Source of the DNA: an uncultured Candidatus Binatia bacterium | GTDB taxonomy: Bacteria; Desulfobacterota; Binatia; Bin18 | Direction of reading: 5' to 3' | DNA length: 64,000 nucleotides | Assembly (NCBI GenBank): GCA_965200965.1 | Contig: OZ241744.1 | Location: 2,752,001-2,816,000 of the forward strand | Shown: positions 38,229 to 48,580 of the stretch, piece after piece | Position numbering within the stretch: position 1 is the first letter of the stretch | Layout: each line of letters starts with the position of its first letter | The notes under the pieces: generated by a model | Told to the model about the DNA's origin: nothing | Databases searched by the model: none | What the model saw: the letters and a program-made list of their open reading frames with translations, nothing else | Made by a program: the position numbers and the translations under genes

Positions 38229-39358
38229 CTGCGAAGCCGCCGCCGCCGTGTTCCAGCCGCGGAATCGTAGTCAATATAATCGCGCGGCGAAAAATACTCC
38301 CGCGCCCCCCGGGTGGCTGAATCCTGGAGCACAGAGTCGGCCAGGACCAGGGCGAGCATGGCCTCGGCAATCGGGACGCCCCGGATCGCCACGCACGGGT
38401 CGTGGCGGCCGCGGGTGGCAACCGTGCGCGGCCGAAAGTTCACATCAATCGTGCTTTTGTCCTGGGGGATTGACGAGGTGGGCTTGACGACGAGCCGCAC
38501 GACGATCGGTGCGCCAGAGGAAATGCCGCCCAGCGTCCCGCCGTGATTATTGGTGACAAATCCTGTTGGAGACAGTTCGTCGTTCATCTGGCTCCCGCGC
38601 ATGGCCGCGGCGGCAAACCCCGCCCCGAACTCAACCCCCTTGACCGCGGGGATGGACATCAGCGCCGCGGCAATCTCGGCGTCGAGCTTGCCAAAAACCG
38701 GCTCGCCAAGCCCTGGCGGAACACCTTCGGCCATGACCTCAATGACCCCCCCGACAGAATCCCGCTCTTTTCTGGCCTGTTCGACCTCGGCGCGCATGGC
38801 GGTCACGCTGTCCGGGTCAAGGCTGCGCAGCTCATTGTCTTCGACCGCGTCCCAGGCCCGTTTGCTGGCTCGCACCGTGCCGACCTGGGTGACGCCGCCG
38901 CGTATCGTGATGCCAAAGCGGACCAACAGCTGCTTGGCCAGGGCACCGGCAAACACCCGCCCCACAGACTCTCTGACCGACGCCCGACCACCCCCGCGAT
39001 GGTCACGGTGCCCGTACTTGGCAAAATAGGTAAAGTCGGCGTGTCCGGGACGGAACAGGCGGGCGAGTTCGTCATAGTCTTTGGAGCGCATATCGGCGTT
39101 GAAAACCAGGGCCATCAGCGGAGTCCCGGTGGTCTTGCCCTCAAACACGCCCGAGAAAATCTCAACCTTGTCCCCCTCTTTGCGTTGGGTCACCAGTTTT
39201 GATTGTCCAGGCCGGCGACGGTCCATCTCGTGTTGAATGGCTGCGAGGTCCAGTGCAAAGTCGGCCGGAAAACCATCCACAACGACGCCAACGGCTCTGC
39301 CGTGGCTCTCCCCGAAGGTCGTCACGCGCAATACGGTGCCAAACGTGTTTCCTGGCAT
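38225..39358 (-). CDS. aroC: Chorismate synthase
   Basis: TFGESHG, RRRPGQS, RPGHAD, GGGRAS.RE, RHDPC. Confidence 0.98.
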   Translation of the reverse strand: MPGNTFGTVLRVTTFGESHGRAVGVVVDGFPADFALDLAAIQHEMDRRRPGQSKLVTQRKEGDKVEIFSGVFEGKTTGTPLMALVFNADMRSKDYDELARLFRPGHADFTYFAKYGHRDHRGGGRASVRESVGRVFAGALAKQLLVRFGITIRGGVTQVGTVRASKRAWDAVEDNELRSLDPDSVTAMRAEVEQARKERDSVGGVIEVMAEGVPPGLGEPVFGKLDAEIAAALMSIPAVKGVEFGAGFAAAAMRGSQMNDELSPTGFVTNNHGGTLGGISSGAPIVVRLVVKPTSSIPQDKSTIDVNFRPRTVATRGRHDPCVAIRGVPIAEAMLALVLADSVLQDSATRGAREYFSPRDYIDYDSAAGTRRRRLRR

Positions 39359-39391
39359 AGCTGTCCTGACATATCGGAAGAGGCCAGGCAA

Positions 39392-40555
39392 TCACACGAC
39401 CTTGTCTTCCCGCAAGCCCTGGATATCCTCCGCGCTCAAGCCCAGTTCGTGCAAAATCTCATCGGTCTGCTGGCCTTTCTCCGGCGTAGGAGTCCGGACC
39501 GCACCGGGGGTGCGGCTGAGGGTGACGGGCAGACCCAGGACCCGGATTTCGCCCAGTTGGGGGTGGGCAACCGGGGTGGCCAGGCCCAGATGCTCAACCT
39601 GTTCGTTGGCAAAGACCTGGTCAATTGACAGAATCGGACCGCTCGGCACGCCGGCGTCATTGAGCGCGGCGATCCATTCGGCCGCGGTTTTCCGGGCCAG
39701 CCGTTTTTCCAGTTCACGGCTTAACTCGTCACGGTTGCGCGAGCGCCGGCCCGGCGAGGCAAAACGCGGGTCCTCGTACAGGTGCTCGGCCTCAAGCACC
39801 TGACACAAGCGTTTCCACATATGCTGGCCACCCGAGGCGATATTGATGTGGCCGTCTTTGACCCTGAAGCTGCCGGTCGGGATACTCGTCGGGTGGTTGT
39901 TGCCGGCTTGGGGCGGGACCTCGTGGCCGATCAGCCAGCGCGTGGCCTGAAAGTCGAGCATGGAGATCATGGCTTCGAGCAACGAGGTGTGGACCCACTG
40001 GCCTTCACCCGAGCGTTCGCGCTCCAGCAGGGCAAGCAGAACTCCCTGGGCGGCCAGCAGCCCGGCGCTCAGGTCGGCAACTGGAATGCCGACCCGCCAG
40101 GGTCCACTGCCCGGCTGCCCGGTGATGCTCATCAGGCCGCCCATGCCCTGGGCAATCTGGTCATAGCCGGGGCGGTTGCTATACGGCCCGGTCTGGCCAA
40201 AGCCGGAGATACTGGCGTAGACCAGCCGCGGGTTGAGCGGTTTCAAGGACGCATAGTCAATGCCGAGTCGGTTCTTCACCTCGGGCCGGTAGTTTTCGAC
40301 CAGCACATCTGCGCTACGCACCAGCTTTTTGAGAATGTCCTTGCCGCGTTCGTCTTTGAGGTTGAGTATGAGGCTCTGCTTGTTACGGTGCAGGTTCTGG
40401 AAATCAAAGTGATGCCGGCGCGTGCCTTCCTCGTCGTCGGGCTGCTCGACTTTGATAACCCGGGCACCCATATCGGCCAACTGGCGGACACAGGTCGGGC
40501 CGGAGCGGGCGCGGGTGAGATCAATCACGCTGATATGGCCAAGGGGGAGTGACAT
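39392..40555 (-). CDS. CaiB/BaiF family CoA-transferase
   Basis: LADMGA.VIKVE, RNKQS, DVLVENYRP, GYDQIAQG. Confidence 0.93.
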   Translation of the reverse strand: MSLPLGHISVIDLTRARSGPTCVRQLADMGARVIKVEQPDDEEGTRRHHFDFQNLHRNKQSLILNLKDERGKDILKKLVRSADVLVENYRPEVKNRLGIDYASLKPLNPRLVYASISGFGQTGPYSNRPGYDQIAQGMGGLMSITGQPGSGPWRVGIPVADLSAGLLAAQGVLLALLERERSGEGQWVHTSLLEAMISMLDFQATRWLIGHEVPPQAGNNHPTSIPTGSFRVKDGHINIASGGQHMWKRLCQVLEAEHLYEDPRFASPGRRSRNRDELSRELEKRLARKTAAEWIAALNDAGVPSGPILSIDQVFANEQVEHLGLATPVAHPQLGEIRVLGLPVTLSRTPGAVRTPTPEKGQQTDEILHELGLSAEDIQGLREDKVV

Positions 40556-40687
40556 GGCTGCGGGTCCTCCTGCTGCGCACCGCCCATCATCATACACAGG
40601 ATAGCGGCGATCAAGCCGTCTCAGACAGGCGTAGTCCTGCGGGGCTGGCCCGTGATAGGGGCCATGCTGAAAGAAGGAGGCGACGAC

Positions 40688-40915
40688 ATGACGACTTCAA
40701 TTCGCCTTGATACTGAGACCGGGCAACGGCTTGACTTTCTGGCAGCCTGGACCGGACGCCCCAAGGCTCTCCTCCTGCGTGAACTCATCAAACGCGGCCG
40801 GTTGAGGATGTGGAAGAGTATTATCTGGCCGTGGAGTGGCTGGAACGTCTCTGACACGACCGGGAAGAAACACACTCCGCTGCGAACCTAAGGGCAGCCC
40901 CTGGCCTGGATGGAT
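40688..40915 (+). pseudogene. Frameshifted RHH (RelB/CopG-like) antitoxin remnant
   Basis: MTTSIRLD....QRLD.LA..TGRPK..LLRE.I then shifted EDVEEYYLA...LERL*; no toxin partner seen. Confidence 0.6.
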
Positions 40916-40940
40916 CTCCGCAGATGCGCTGATCACAAGA

Positions 40941-43900
40941 TTAAACCAGAAGCTTCTCGATTATCTTGGCAATGTGCTCTGAATCCAAGCCACCGTCTGA
41001 ATTGTCGCAGGTCTCAATCAAGATGCCTGCCGGGTCGCCTCCGTCTTCGTGGGGGAGTATACCGGCGTTGATGTACTCGTTCCGTTTACGCTCCCAGCGG
41101 GCTCGGTATCCTGGATCAGCGAGCATTCCAAGGTGCTCCCAATAGAACGTTATCCCGCTTGCAGGATCGGCGATTGTGAAATCTGGATAGCGCTCTTTCC
41201 CATTGGGAAGGACGAGCCGCTTCTCGTATGCGTAGTCAATCCCGCGGGCGTGGAGTTTGTCGGCGATGACAAGCTCGGATTTGGATCTGACCAGTTCCCC
41301 GCGCTCGGTGCGGTGGATAAGGCTTTCTTCAAGAAACCGCGTTTCGTTGACTTTGCGGGGTCGCGGGTCCACAAACAGGTTCGTCATGCGCCGGGCGATC
41401 TCGGAGTACTCTTCACCGGCAAATCGCCGGAAGTCCGCGATCTGCCCTTGGTGGAGAATAACCAACCGCTTGCGATGCCTCGTTAGCGCCGTGTATAGCA
41501 GTTCGCGAGAAAGCAGCCAGCAGGGATTCGGCAGTACCACGAAGGTTATTCCGAACTCACTTCCCTGCGTCTTGTGTACCGTCAATGCATAAGCCAGTTC
41601 AAGCTGGTTCCTCGCCTCGTCGCCAAATTCTTGCTTGCTGAATCCGTACTTGATACCGAGTTGACCGGCAAATTCGACCTCTAATTTCTTGGGAGAACCC
41701 CGTAAATTTTTGTGCTTGTATTGGCCGACAACAATGCCGATGTCTCCGTTGGCAATGTACGCTTCGTCCTCTGGAACCCGAGGGTATACGTCGTGACGGT
41801 GCTGATTGACAATGTTGATTACTTTGTCTCCGTACAAAAGCCCCTGTGGGCCGAAAGGCTGGGGAACTTTTCTATTCCGTCCCACTTTCTCCGCGACCTC
41901 GCGCCAGTGTCTGCGGAACCGTTCCTGAACAGCCCGGTTGAGGGCATCCACTCCCTCAAGACCAGCTCTGACGGGCGACAGAATTTGCCAATCCTCAACC
42001 TTCCGCGCTGCTCCCGGTTTGTTATTGTATTTGTTCCAGAAGAACGCCCGGTCAAGGTCTTTGAACGGAGAACCGCCCAACGATATCTCGAAACCCAGCT
42101 CGTCGTCAGATTCTTTCAGATCAAGCCCAGCAACTAACTCTTCAATCATCTTCTGCTGGAGGTCCCGCGTATCGCTCCACTGGACCACTCGAAGACGCTG
42201 ATTGCCTCCGGCTGCGATAGTGTCCCACACTTGATCGGCGTCCGGGGCCAGCGGGTGACCGTTGAAATGGGAGGCGAGCAATACATCGTCCGCGCGTTCT
42301 CCAGCAGTCTGCCGGCGAGGCACTGTGAGCTCAGCGTAGCATCGGGCACAGCGCGGAAAGGAGGCCTCAATATTTTCTGGCGCTAACTTTTTGACGATAT
42401 CAACGAACGGACGACCGGCACCGATGGGCGGAAGCTGCCTGGGGTCGCCGACCAATATGTAGCGTTCAACGTTCGTGCAGGCGTCGAACAGGGCCGCGAG
42501 TTGGTCTTCGGTGAGCATTGAGCATTCGTCAACGATTACGGTGCAAAAGGTATCGCACCGCGGCGCGGCTTGGTTGGGAAAGTAAGCCCCGGTCTCTCTG
42601 TCGTAGCGTTGGTATCGACTCAGAAACTGCGCCAGCGTCCGCCCCTTCCCGCGTTGTCCTGTCTGCTCTTCCAGACGGACACGGGCCTTTCCGGTCGGCG
42701 CGAGCAAGAGAATGTCCTTTTGCTGAATATCGGGCAGGCGGCAAACCATCTTGAGCAGTGTAGTCTTGCCAGTTCCAGCGGGTCCGATGAGCACGGAAAG
42801 TCGTGACCGACACAATTGTTCAATGGCGGCCGCTTTTTCCGAACGCGCCCGGTCTTCAAGCGCCCGGTCTTCAAGCGCCCGGTCTTCAAGCGCCCGGTCT
42901 ACCAACTCACGCCAATCGTAGGATGCCCGATGGGGCTTGCCCTTTTGCCTCCTCTCAACCTCTCGGCGGATAATTTTTCGGCAGTCTGCCAGCCGATCAG
43001 TCTGGTAGGCAGGCTCACCCGTTCCCGTATCTACCCGCTGTACGACCTGCTCGAAAGAAGGTTCGGTGGCAGCGAGCACATCTTCGCCAAGCGGGCATGG
43101 CGGTTGTAGTGCCCGGTCCCGAGCGTGTTGGATGAGCAGGTTTTGAGGCAATAGCGTATGTCCCTGCGCGGCAGCTTCTTCCAGCAGTTCCACTACTCGC
43201 GCCCGTACCCGGCGCGGGTCCGATGGATCATCGACGCAGCTAGGCTTTGGGATAGGGAATTGGGTGCGGATTGCCTCGTCAGGAAACAGCCCGCGATCCA
43301 CGACGCCAAATGCGATTGGGATGACACTCCGGCGATCCTGTTCAAAGAGGAGATAGGGATTGGCCAGAAGATCATCGTCGCTTGCCTCAATGCCGGCTCT
43401 CTGCCGCTCCGTTTTGTCATAAATTCGAAGCGCTTGTTTTTCGTCTATCGCGCAGCGACTGAGCAATTGAAGCAAAGCCCGCCGCTTCTTACTCAGGCGG
43501 CTCCACCCATTGCACAAACTCGGCTTGATGAATTGTCGGGCGGGTCCCTCAAGGCGTTGCGGATCTCGCATTACCTTATCAAGAAGGTCCCAGGAGTTGG
43601 GATTGCCGGAACGCTCTCGTTCACGTTCAATCTCGTAGGCGAGCAAGGTTCCGTGCTGAAAGCCCCACTCATATCCGAATGCCGAGAGCGCTGAGCCAAG
43701 CCCGGGGAAGGCTCCCCGGGCCTGCCATAGCCTGTTGAGTTGCGTGTCAATCCAACTCAAGCATGCTTCCCACGGCCCCTCAATTCGCATCCGGATACGC
43801 TCCAGGGTGGCGGAACAGGCAATGAGCGATGCAACTGCGCCGTCATGCGTCAGGAGTTCTGAACCGTAGGAGTATTCGTTAAAATACTCGTCCGGCGCAA

Positions 43901-44726
43901 AGGCGACGAATTCTTCTGGATTGGCGAGCTTACCACGCGCGACGAGTTCCATGATTGCCTGATACGGAAAGAGAAACCCGTCCTTAAAATTGGGATGGCG
44001 GATAGAGTGGCCGATATTGCGTTCCCACAACATTGACCGTAGCTGTGGATTGCCCATATGATACTTGTACTCCGTTGCCTGTCCGACCGAGAGTACGCGC
44101 CCGACACCAATAATCACACGCCGGGCTTGCTCCGAAAGTGGTGTGCGCTTGGCATAGAAGAAGCACAGCGACTCTTTGGGATGCAATGCGCCATAAAAGG
44201 TGTCCAGGAGGGCAAGTTGATTGTCACGATTCTGCGCCCACCTTGTTTTGAATCCAAGCTCCGGCTCATCTTCGGGAGCCCAATCGATTTGCAGTCGTTC
44301 CGCGAGGCCCTGCTCATCCTGCTTACCCTCAATATTCTCGCGCAGCATCCAGCGGAAGGGTATGCAGGCTGCTGAGTAAGGCGGTTGGACATAGGGCGTT
44401 GTCGCAAAGTGGCTGTAGGTGTCTTGGCTGGTCTTGGTATAAGGATGTTGCTTCCTGTGGGTCATCTCGAACGGAGCCATGAACGCCACCCGCTCGTTGA
44501 CGCACGGCGGTGTGTCCTCTTCGGGTAGCTGATCAAACCGTTCTCCGGTACACCGCGCTTCGACCTCATCGCGCTTTCCCTTGCCGATGTATGGCAGGAT
44601 CAGGCAACTCGTATTTTCCTGCGGACGGGTGCAAACTTTCCCCGCCCAACCACTATCGTGCCAGGGTACTCGGATGGTGATGTGATGAGGCGGCAGCAAA
44701 CGCGCGCCTGGGGCAAGACTTGTCAT
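40941..44726 (-). CDS. RecD2-like SF1 helicase with long N-terminal region and C-terminal PD-(D/E)xK-like nuclease domain
   Basis: GPAGTGKT, VDECSM, GDPRQLPPIGAG, AYALTVHKTQGSEF, YTALTR; RSKSE..IA..L...YE...YPDFTI...WEHLG. Confidence 0.85.
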   Translation of the reverse strand: MTSLAPGARLLPPHHITIRVPWHDSGWAGKVCTRPQENTSCLILPYIGKGKRDEVEARCTGERFDQLPEEDTPPCVNERVAFMAPFEMTHRKQHPYTKTSQDTYSHFATTPYVQPPYSAACIPFRWMLRENIEGKQDEQGLAERLQIDWAPEDEPELGFKTRWAQNRDNQLALLDTFYGALHPKESLCFFYAKRTPLSEQARRVIIGVGRVLSVGQATEYKYHMGNPQLRSMLWERNIGHSIRHPNFKDGFLFPYQAIMELVARGKLANPEEFVAFAPDEYFNEYSYGSELLTHDGAVASLIACSATLERIRMRIEGPWEACLSWIDTQLNRLWQARGAFPGLGSALSAFGYEWGFQHGTLLAYEIERERERSGNPNSWDLLDKVMRDPQRLEGPARQFIKPSLCNGWSRLSKKRRALLQLLSRCAIDEKQALRIYDKTERQRAGIEASDDDLLANPYLLFEQDRRSVIPIAFGVVDRGLFPDEAIRTQFPIPKPSCVDDPSDPRRVRARVVELLEEAAAQGHTLLPQNLLIQHARDRALQPPCPLGEDVLAATEPSFEQVVQRVDTGTGEPAYQTDRLADCRKIIRREVERRQKGKPHRASYDWRELVDRALEDRALEDRALEDRARSEKAAAIEQLCRSRLSVLIGPAGTGKTTLLKMVCRLPDIQQKDILLLAPTGKARVRLEEQTGQRGKGRTLAQFLSRYQRYDRETGAYFPNQAAPRCDTFCTVIVDECSMLTEDQLAALFDACTNVERYILVGDPRQLPPIGAGRPFVDIVKKLAPENIEASFPRCARCYAELTVPRRQTAGERADDVLLASHFNGHPLAPDADQVWDTIAAGGNQRLRVVQWSDTRDLQQKMIEELVAGLDLKESDDELGFEISLGGSPFKDLDRAFFWNKYNNKPGAARKVEDWQILSPVRAGLEGVDALNRAVQERFRRHWREVAEKVGRNRKVPQPFGPQGLLYGDKVINIVNQHRHDVYPRVPEDEAYIANGDIGIVVGQYKHKNLRGSPKKLEVEFAGQLGIKYGFSKQEFGDEARNQLELAYALTVHKTQGSEFGITFVVLPNPCWLLSRELLYTALTRHRKRLVILHQGQIADFRRFAGEEYSEIARRMTNLFVDPRPRKVNETRFLEESLIHRTERGELVRSKSELVIADKLHARGIDYAYEKRLVLPNGKERYPDFTIADPASGITFYWEHLGMLADPGYRARWERKRNEYINAGILPHEDGGDPAGILIETCDNSDGGLDSEHIAKIIEKLLV
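42845..42900 (-). repeat. 15-bp in-frame tandem repeat (RALED x~3.7)
   Basis: gcgcccggtcttcaa repeated. Confidence 0.9.
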
Positions 44727-44863
44727 CTTCTATTCACTCTCTATCTGTCCTCTTAACCTACAGCCAATTTGACATTCTGTCAACGAGAATACGCCCACCC
44801 TGTTCGGCTGGACAACACCGGCTCATGTATGCCATGTAGGGAGAGTGTGGAAGGAGGACAGCC

Positions 44864-46381
44864 ATGACACTCCGCAAGCCAACCGGGGATGAGTTGCAAC
44901 GCTTGGCCGAGGCGCACTATTTTGAACTGAGCGACGATGAGCTTGAGGCGGTCCAGGCGATGCTGCCGGCCATGTTCGCGTCTCTGGACGAGTTGGACCA
45001 GAAGCCGTCCACCCTGCCACCGATCGTCTACCGGGACCGTGATCGCGGGGCGCGGCCAAGTCGGCAGGACGACCCGCTGAACGCCATTGTGCGGCGCTGT
45101 TCGGTCAAGGGCGCGGCCTCGGGCAAGCTGGCCGGCAAACGGCTGGGCATCAAAGACAATGTGTGCATTGCCGGGCTGCCCATGACCTGCGCCTCGCTGG
45201 TCCTTGACGGCTATGTACCCGATATCGACGCCACGATCATCACCCGGATTCTGGAGGCCGGGGGGGAGGTGACGGCTGTCCTCAACATGGACAACTTCGC
45301 GTTCTCGGGCGGCGGTCATACCAGCGCTTACGGCCCCACCTGCAACCCGCATAATCCTGCGCATAGCGCCGGCGGGTCTTCGGGAGGCTCCGGGGCCGCC
45401 CTGTCCTACGCTGATATCGACATGACCATCGGCGGCGACCAGGGCGGTTCCATACGCATCCCCGCTTCGTGGTGCGGGGTGGTGGGGCATAAGCCGACCC
45501 ATAGCCTCGTCCCCTACACCGGGATTGTCGGCATTGACGCCACCTTTGACCATGCCGGGCCGATGGCCAACACCGTGGCCGACGCCGCCCTGCTGTTGGA
45601 GGTTATTGCCGGCAAGGACCCGCTGGACCCACGCCAGTACGATGTGCCGGTCCAGTCCTACACCCAGGAGTTGGACAAGGATATCCGCGGCCTGCGTCTG
45701 GGCGTGGTGCGCGAGGGATTTGGCACGCCGGTGTCCCAGCCGGGGGTTGATGACAAAGTCCGCGAGGCGATAGCCGCCCTCGGTGAGCTGGGGGCGGAGG
45801 CGCACGAGGTCTCCATTCCGGCCCACCTGGAGGCCGGGGGTATTACCTGGGCGCTGCTTGCCGAGGGCATGGCGGCCCTGGTGTATGGCAATGGTGTCGG
45901 CCACCATTGGAAGGGCCTCTACAACGAGGGATTTGCCAATACGCTCGGCAAATCCCTCCAGGCTCAGGCCCGGGACTTGCCCATCCAGGTGAAGCTGGTG
46001 GTGCTCCTCGGCTCGTATCTGAACACCGCCTATCACGGGCGTCTGTACGCCAAGGCCCAGAACCAGCGCCGGGCGCTCCGGGCGGCCTACGATGCCGTGC
46101 TGGAGCGGTGTGACGTGCTGGTGATGCCCACCACGCCGATGCTTGCCCAGCGGCATGAGCCGCACCAGTCGGCACGGCAGAACCTGAACTTTGGCTGGAC
46201 CATGCTGGCCAATACCGCGCCGTTTGACATGACCGGCCACCCCTCGCTGAGCCTGCCGTGTGGCAAGTCCGAGGGCCTGCCGGTCGGCCTGATGCTGACC
46301 GGGCGGCATTTTGAGGACGGGCTGCTGCTCCGCGTTGGCCATGCGTTTGAGCGACAGATGGCCTGGGAAGCGCGCTCGTAG
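44864..46381 (+). CDS. Amidase signature family enzyme
   Basis: KDN, GGSSGGS, GGDQGGSIRIPA. Confidence 0.95.
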   Translation: MTLRKPTGDELQRLAEAHYFELSDDELEAVQAMLPAMFASLDELDQKPSTLPPIVYRDRDRGARPSRQDDPLNAIVRRCSVKGAASGKLAGKRLGIKDNVCIAGLPMTCASLVLDGYVPDIDATIITRILEAGGEVTAVLNMDNFAFSGGGHTSAYGPTCNPHNPAHSAGGSSGGSGAALSYADIDMTIGGDQGGSIRIPASWCGVVGHKPTHSLVPYTGIVGIDATFDHAGPMANTVADAALLLEVIAGKDPLDPRQYDVPVQSYTQELDKDIRGLRLGVVREGFGTPVSQPGVDDKVREAIAALGELGAEAHEVSIPAHLEAGGITWALLAEGMAALVYGNGVGHHWKGLYNEGFANTLGKSLQAQARDLPIQVKLVVLLGSYLNTAYHGRLYAKAQNQRRALRAAYDAVLERCDVLVMPTTPMLAQRHEPHQSARQNLNFGWTMLANTAPFDMTGHPSLSLPCGKSEGLPVGLMLTGRHFEDGLLLRVGHAFERQMAWEARS

Positions 46382-46400
46382 CGATACTGGCCCGCCGCTG

Positions 46401-48575
46401 TCAGTCCCAGAGCGACGGGTCTGAGCCGCAGCCGCTCCCTTCAAGGGACTGCTCCAGTGCTTCAACGAGCCGCATCTGATCCGGCTCTGTGGCGGCAGAG
46501 AACACCGCACCTTGTGTCGAAATCACCTGCTTGACATAGCTATCGAGACGCTGCTCCAACTCGCCAAGAACCCTCTCCTCTTGACAAGTCTCCCTCATGG
46601 TATGGATTTCGCACAGAAAGCAGCCCATCAGAATGACTTTCGCGTCACTGAGGGACACCTTGATCCCGGCTGATTTCAGCCGCGCGACCTGTTCTCTTGC
46701 CGTGTCAAGCGCAGACCGATGCCGTGTGCTGACTTGGCCCTGCGCCTTACGGCAGACCAGAATGAGATCAAACTGAATTGGCGAGTGCGCCTGTTGCAGA
46801 GGCACAGACACCGACATTTCGGCCTTGATCGGGTAGGCCCGGGTACAGAACAACCCGGCCTGTCTGATCGCCCGATGGACACAGGTCCAGCCCTCGTGTC
46901 GGGCGTGGTGATAGGTGAAGATACATAGACCGGCGTCACTGAGGACCCGGCTGCATTCGGCAAAAACCGCGCTGAGCTTTGCCGTAAAGCGGGCAGGGTC
47001 AGTGTCCTGTACCTCGCTGGCTCTTCTCGTGGTCAGGGTAGAGGAAAATTCGAGCGCCTGATTGAGCCAGTAGTAAAAGAAGTCGGCAAGCTGCGAGTAA
47101 TGCACATTGTCAAAAAAAGGCGGGTCGGTCACAATGACATCAACGCTTTTGTCGGGGAGATCAACGCGACTGGAATCTCCGCAGGCGAGGTAGAGTGTCT
47201 TTGGCTGCGAGGCGAATTGGGCCGAACTGTCTGCTATCGGGGCCGAGCCGGGCCGATTGATCCCGCCGACCTTGCTGCTCTTTGCGGCTCGAATCAGGAG
47301 TTCGGACGGATCAGCCTTATAGGTCAGCGCCCGCTCAACGCGCGAACGAAACAGGCCCGAAAATGCCCCCGAAGACTTGCTCGTTCCCCACAGATTGGCT
47401 TCAATCGGCATCATCTCCGGCTTCAGGACATGGTGAGAAAACATATGTCGTACGGCTCCTGTCCCTTCTCCCTTGAATGACGCGAACAGGTTGTTGAACT
47501 CCAAGGTTCCAGAGAAGAGACAGGCAAACAGGCGTTTCAGGTCCGCACCTTCGATGCTCTTGGTTGCCTCCAGAAGATGCTTGATGCAGACGAGTTGTCT
47601 GTCGGAGAAGAGCTCGTGCCAATACCGATAGTTGTGGTTGAGGAGTTGGTCTGTATTGTAGCCGGGTACGATAGCCGCGAGCGGAAAACTGTCTGAGACT
47701 GCGGCGTACTCTTTGGCGACACGACCTTCAAGGGCCGTGTCAGATCCATTCATCGGCTCGTACAGCTTCTGCCCGTCTGCTGTCAGCAGCAGCTTGGCAT
47801 AGCGCCGAACGGGCAAGGGCCCTTCAAGGGTTTTCATCCTGTCAGTGAGGCGGAAGGTATGCCGGCAGCCGTCGCACCGGACATGCGCGCCGCGTCTATT
47901 TCCCTGCTGGGGGTTGTAGACAAACGAACATACCGGGCAGCGGACACAATCGGCGTTGTAGACGGTCACATTGACCGCGCCACAGGCCGGGCAGAGCGCG
48001 CGGGCAGTTGGGTCTTTTCTGGCAACGGCGTTCTTGGAGAACACCCGCGTCTTGAAAAGGTCAATCGCTTGCTCGCATTTCGGACAAGAGACCACTTTGA
48101 CCAGGAAATAGTACAACACGGTCGCGTCCTGTCCCGTGCTGGTTCGGGTCTGGAAGTAGCTGAGGAGTTTCGGGGCCAGGCTTCGCTCTACACGCCGGTA
48201 GGTGGAGAGCACTTCAGGGACCGAGTATTCGGAGAACGCCGCCCGGCAGGCGATGTAGGCAACTGGATTGATGTCGCGGCCGGCGACCTTGCAGCCGAGC
48301 TTGAGCGCTTCGCCAACCGCAACCCCACTGCCCATGAAGGGGTCAAAGACGACGGTGTTCGCAAAGCTGTTCCTGGTGTAGAAACGCTCCCAGAAATCGT
48401 CGTCATCCTCTAAACACGCCCCTAGGATGATGCCCCGGAAAACCGAGCCTAACCTCCGCGCCCACCACTTGTGGAGATAGTAGAGCGGCCGGTAGACCTC
48501 CTTGCGCCAGGATTCCCGCTCGGCCACGAGCGAGAGTTCGGCAAAAGGAAAGTCTTGCTCTATGAGTTTTGGCAC
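46401..48575 (-). CDS. Amino-DNA methyltransferase, DUF1156-type, with Zn-ribbon insert
   Basis: LHKWWARR, DPFMGSG (motif I), four CxxC, TDPPF (motif IV). Confidence 0.88.
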   Translation of the reverse strand: MPKLIEQDFPFAELSLVAERESWRKEVYRPLYYLHKWWARRLGSVFRGIILGACLEDDDDFWERFYTRNSFANTVVFDPFMGSGVAVGEALKLGCKVAGRDINPVAYIACRAAFSEYSVPEVLSTYRRVERSLAPKLLSYFQTRTSTGQDATVLYYFLVKVVSCPKCEQAIDLFKTRVFSKNAVARKDPTARALCPACGAVNVTVYNADCVRCPVCSFVYNPQQGNRRGAHVRCDGCRHTFRLTDRMKTLEGPLPVRRYAKLLLTADGQKLYEPMNGSDTALEGRVAKEYAAVSDSFPLAAIVPGYNTDQLLNHNYRYWHELFSDRQLVCIKHLLEATKSIEGADLKRLFACLFSGTLEFNNLFASFKGEGTGAVRHMFSHHVLKPEMMPIEANLWGTSKSSGAFSGLFRSRVERALTYKADPSELLIRAAKSSKVGGINRPGSAPIADSSAQFASQPKTLYLACGDSSRVDLPDKSVDVIVTDPPFFDNVHYSQLADFFYYWLNQALEFSSTLTTRRASEVQDTDPARFTAKLSAVFAECSRVLSDAGLCIFTYHHARHEGWTCVHRAIRQAGLFCTRAYPIKAEMSVSVPLQQAHSPIQFDLILVCRKAQGQVSTRHRSALDTAREQVARLKSAGIKVSLSDAKVILMGCFLCEIHTMRETCQEERVLGELEQRLDSYVKQVISTQGAVFSAATEPDQMRLVEALEQSLEGSGCGSDPSLWD

Positions 48576-48580
48576 TGGCG

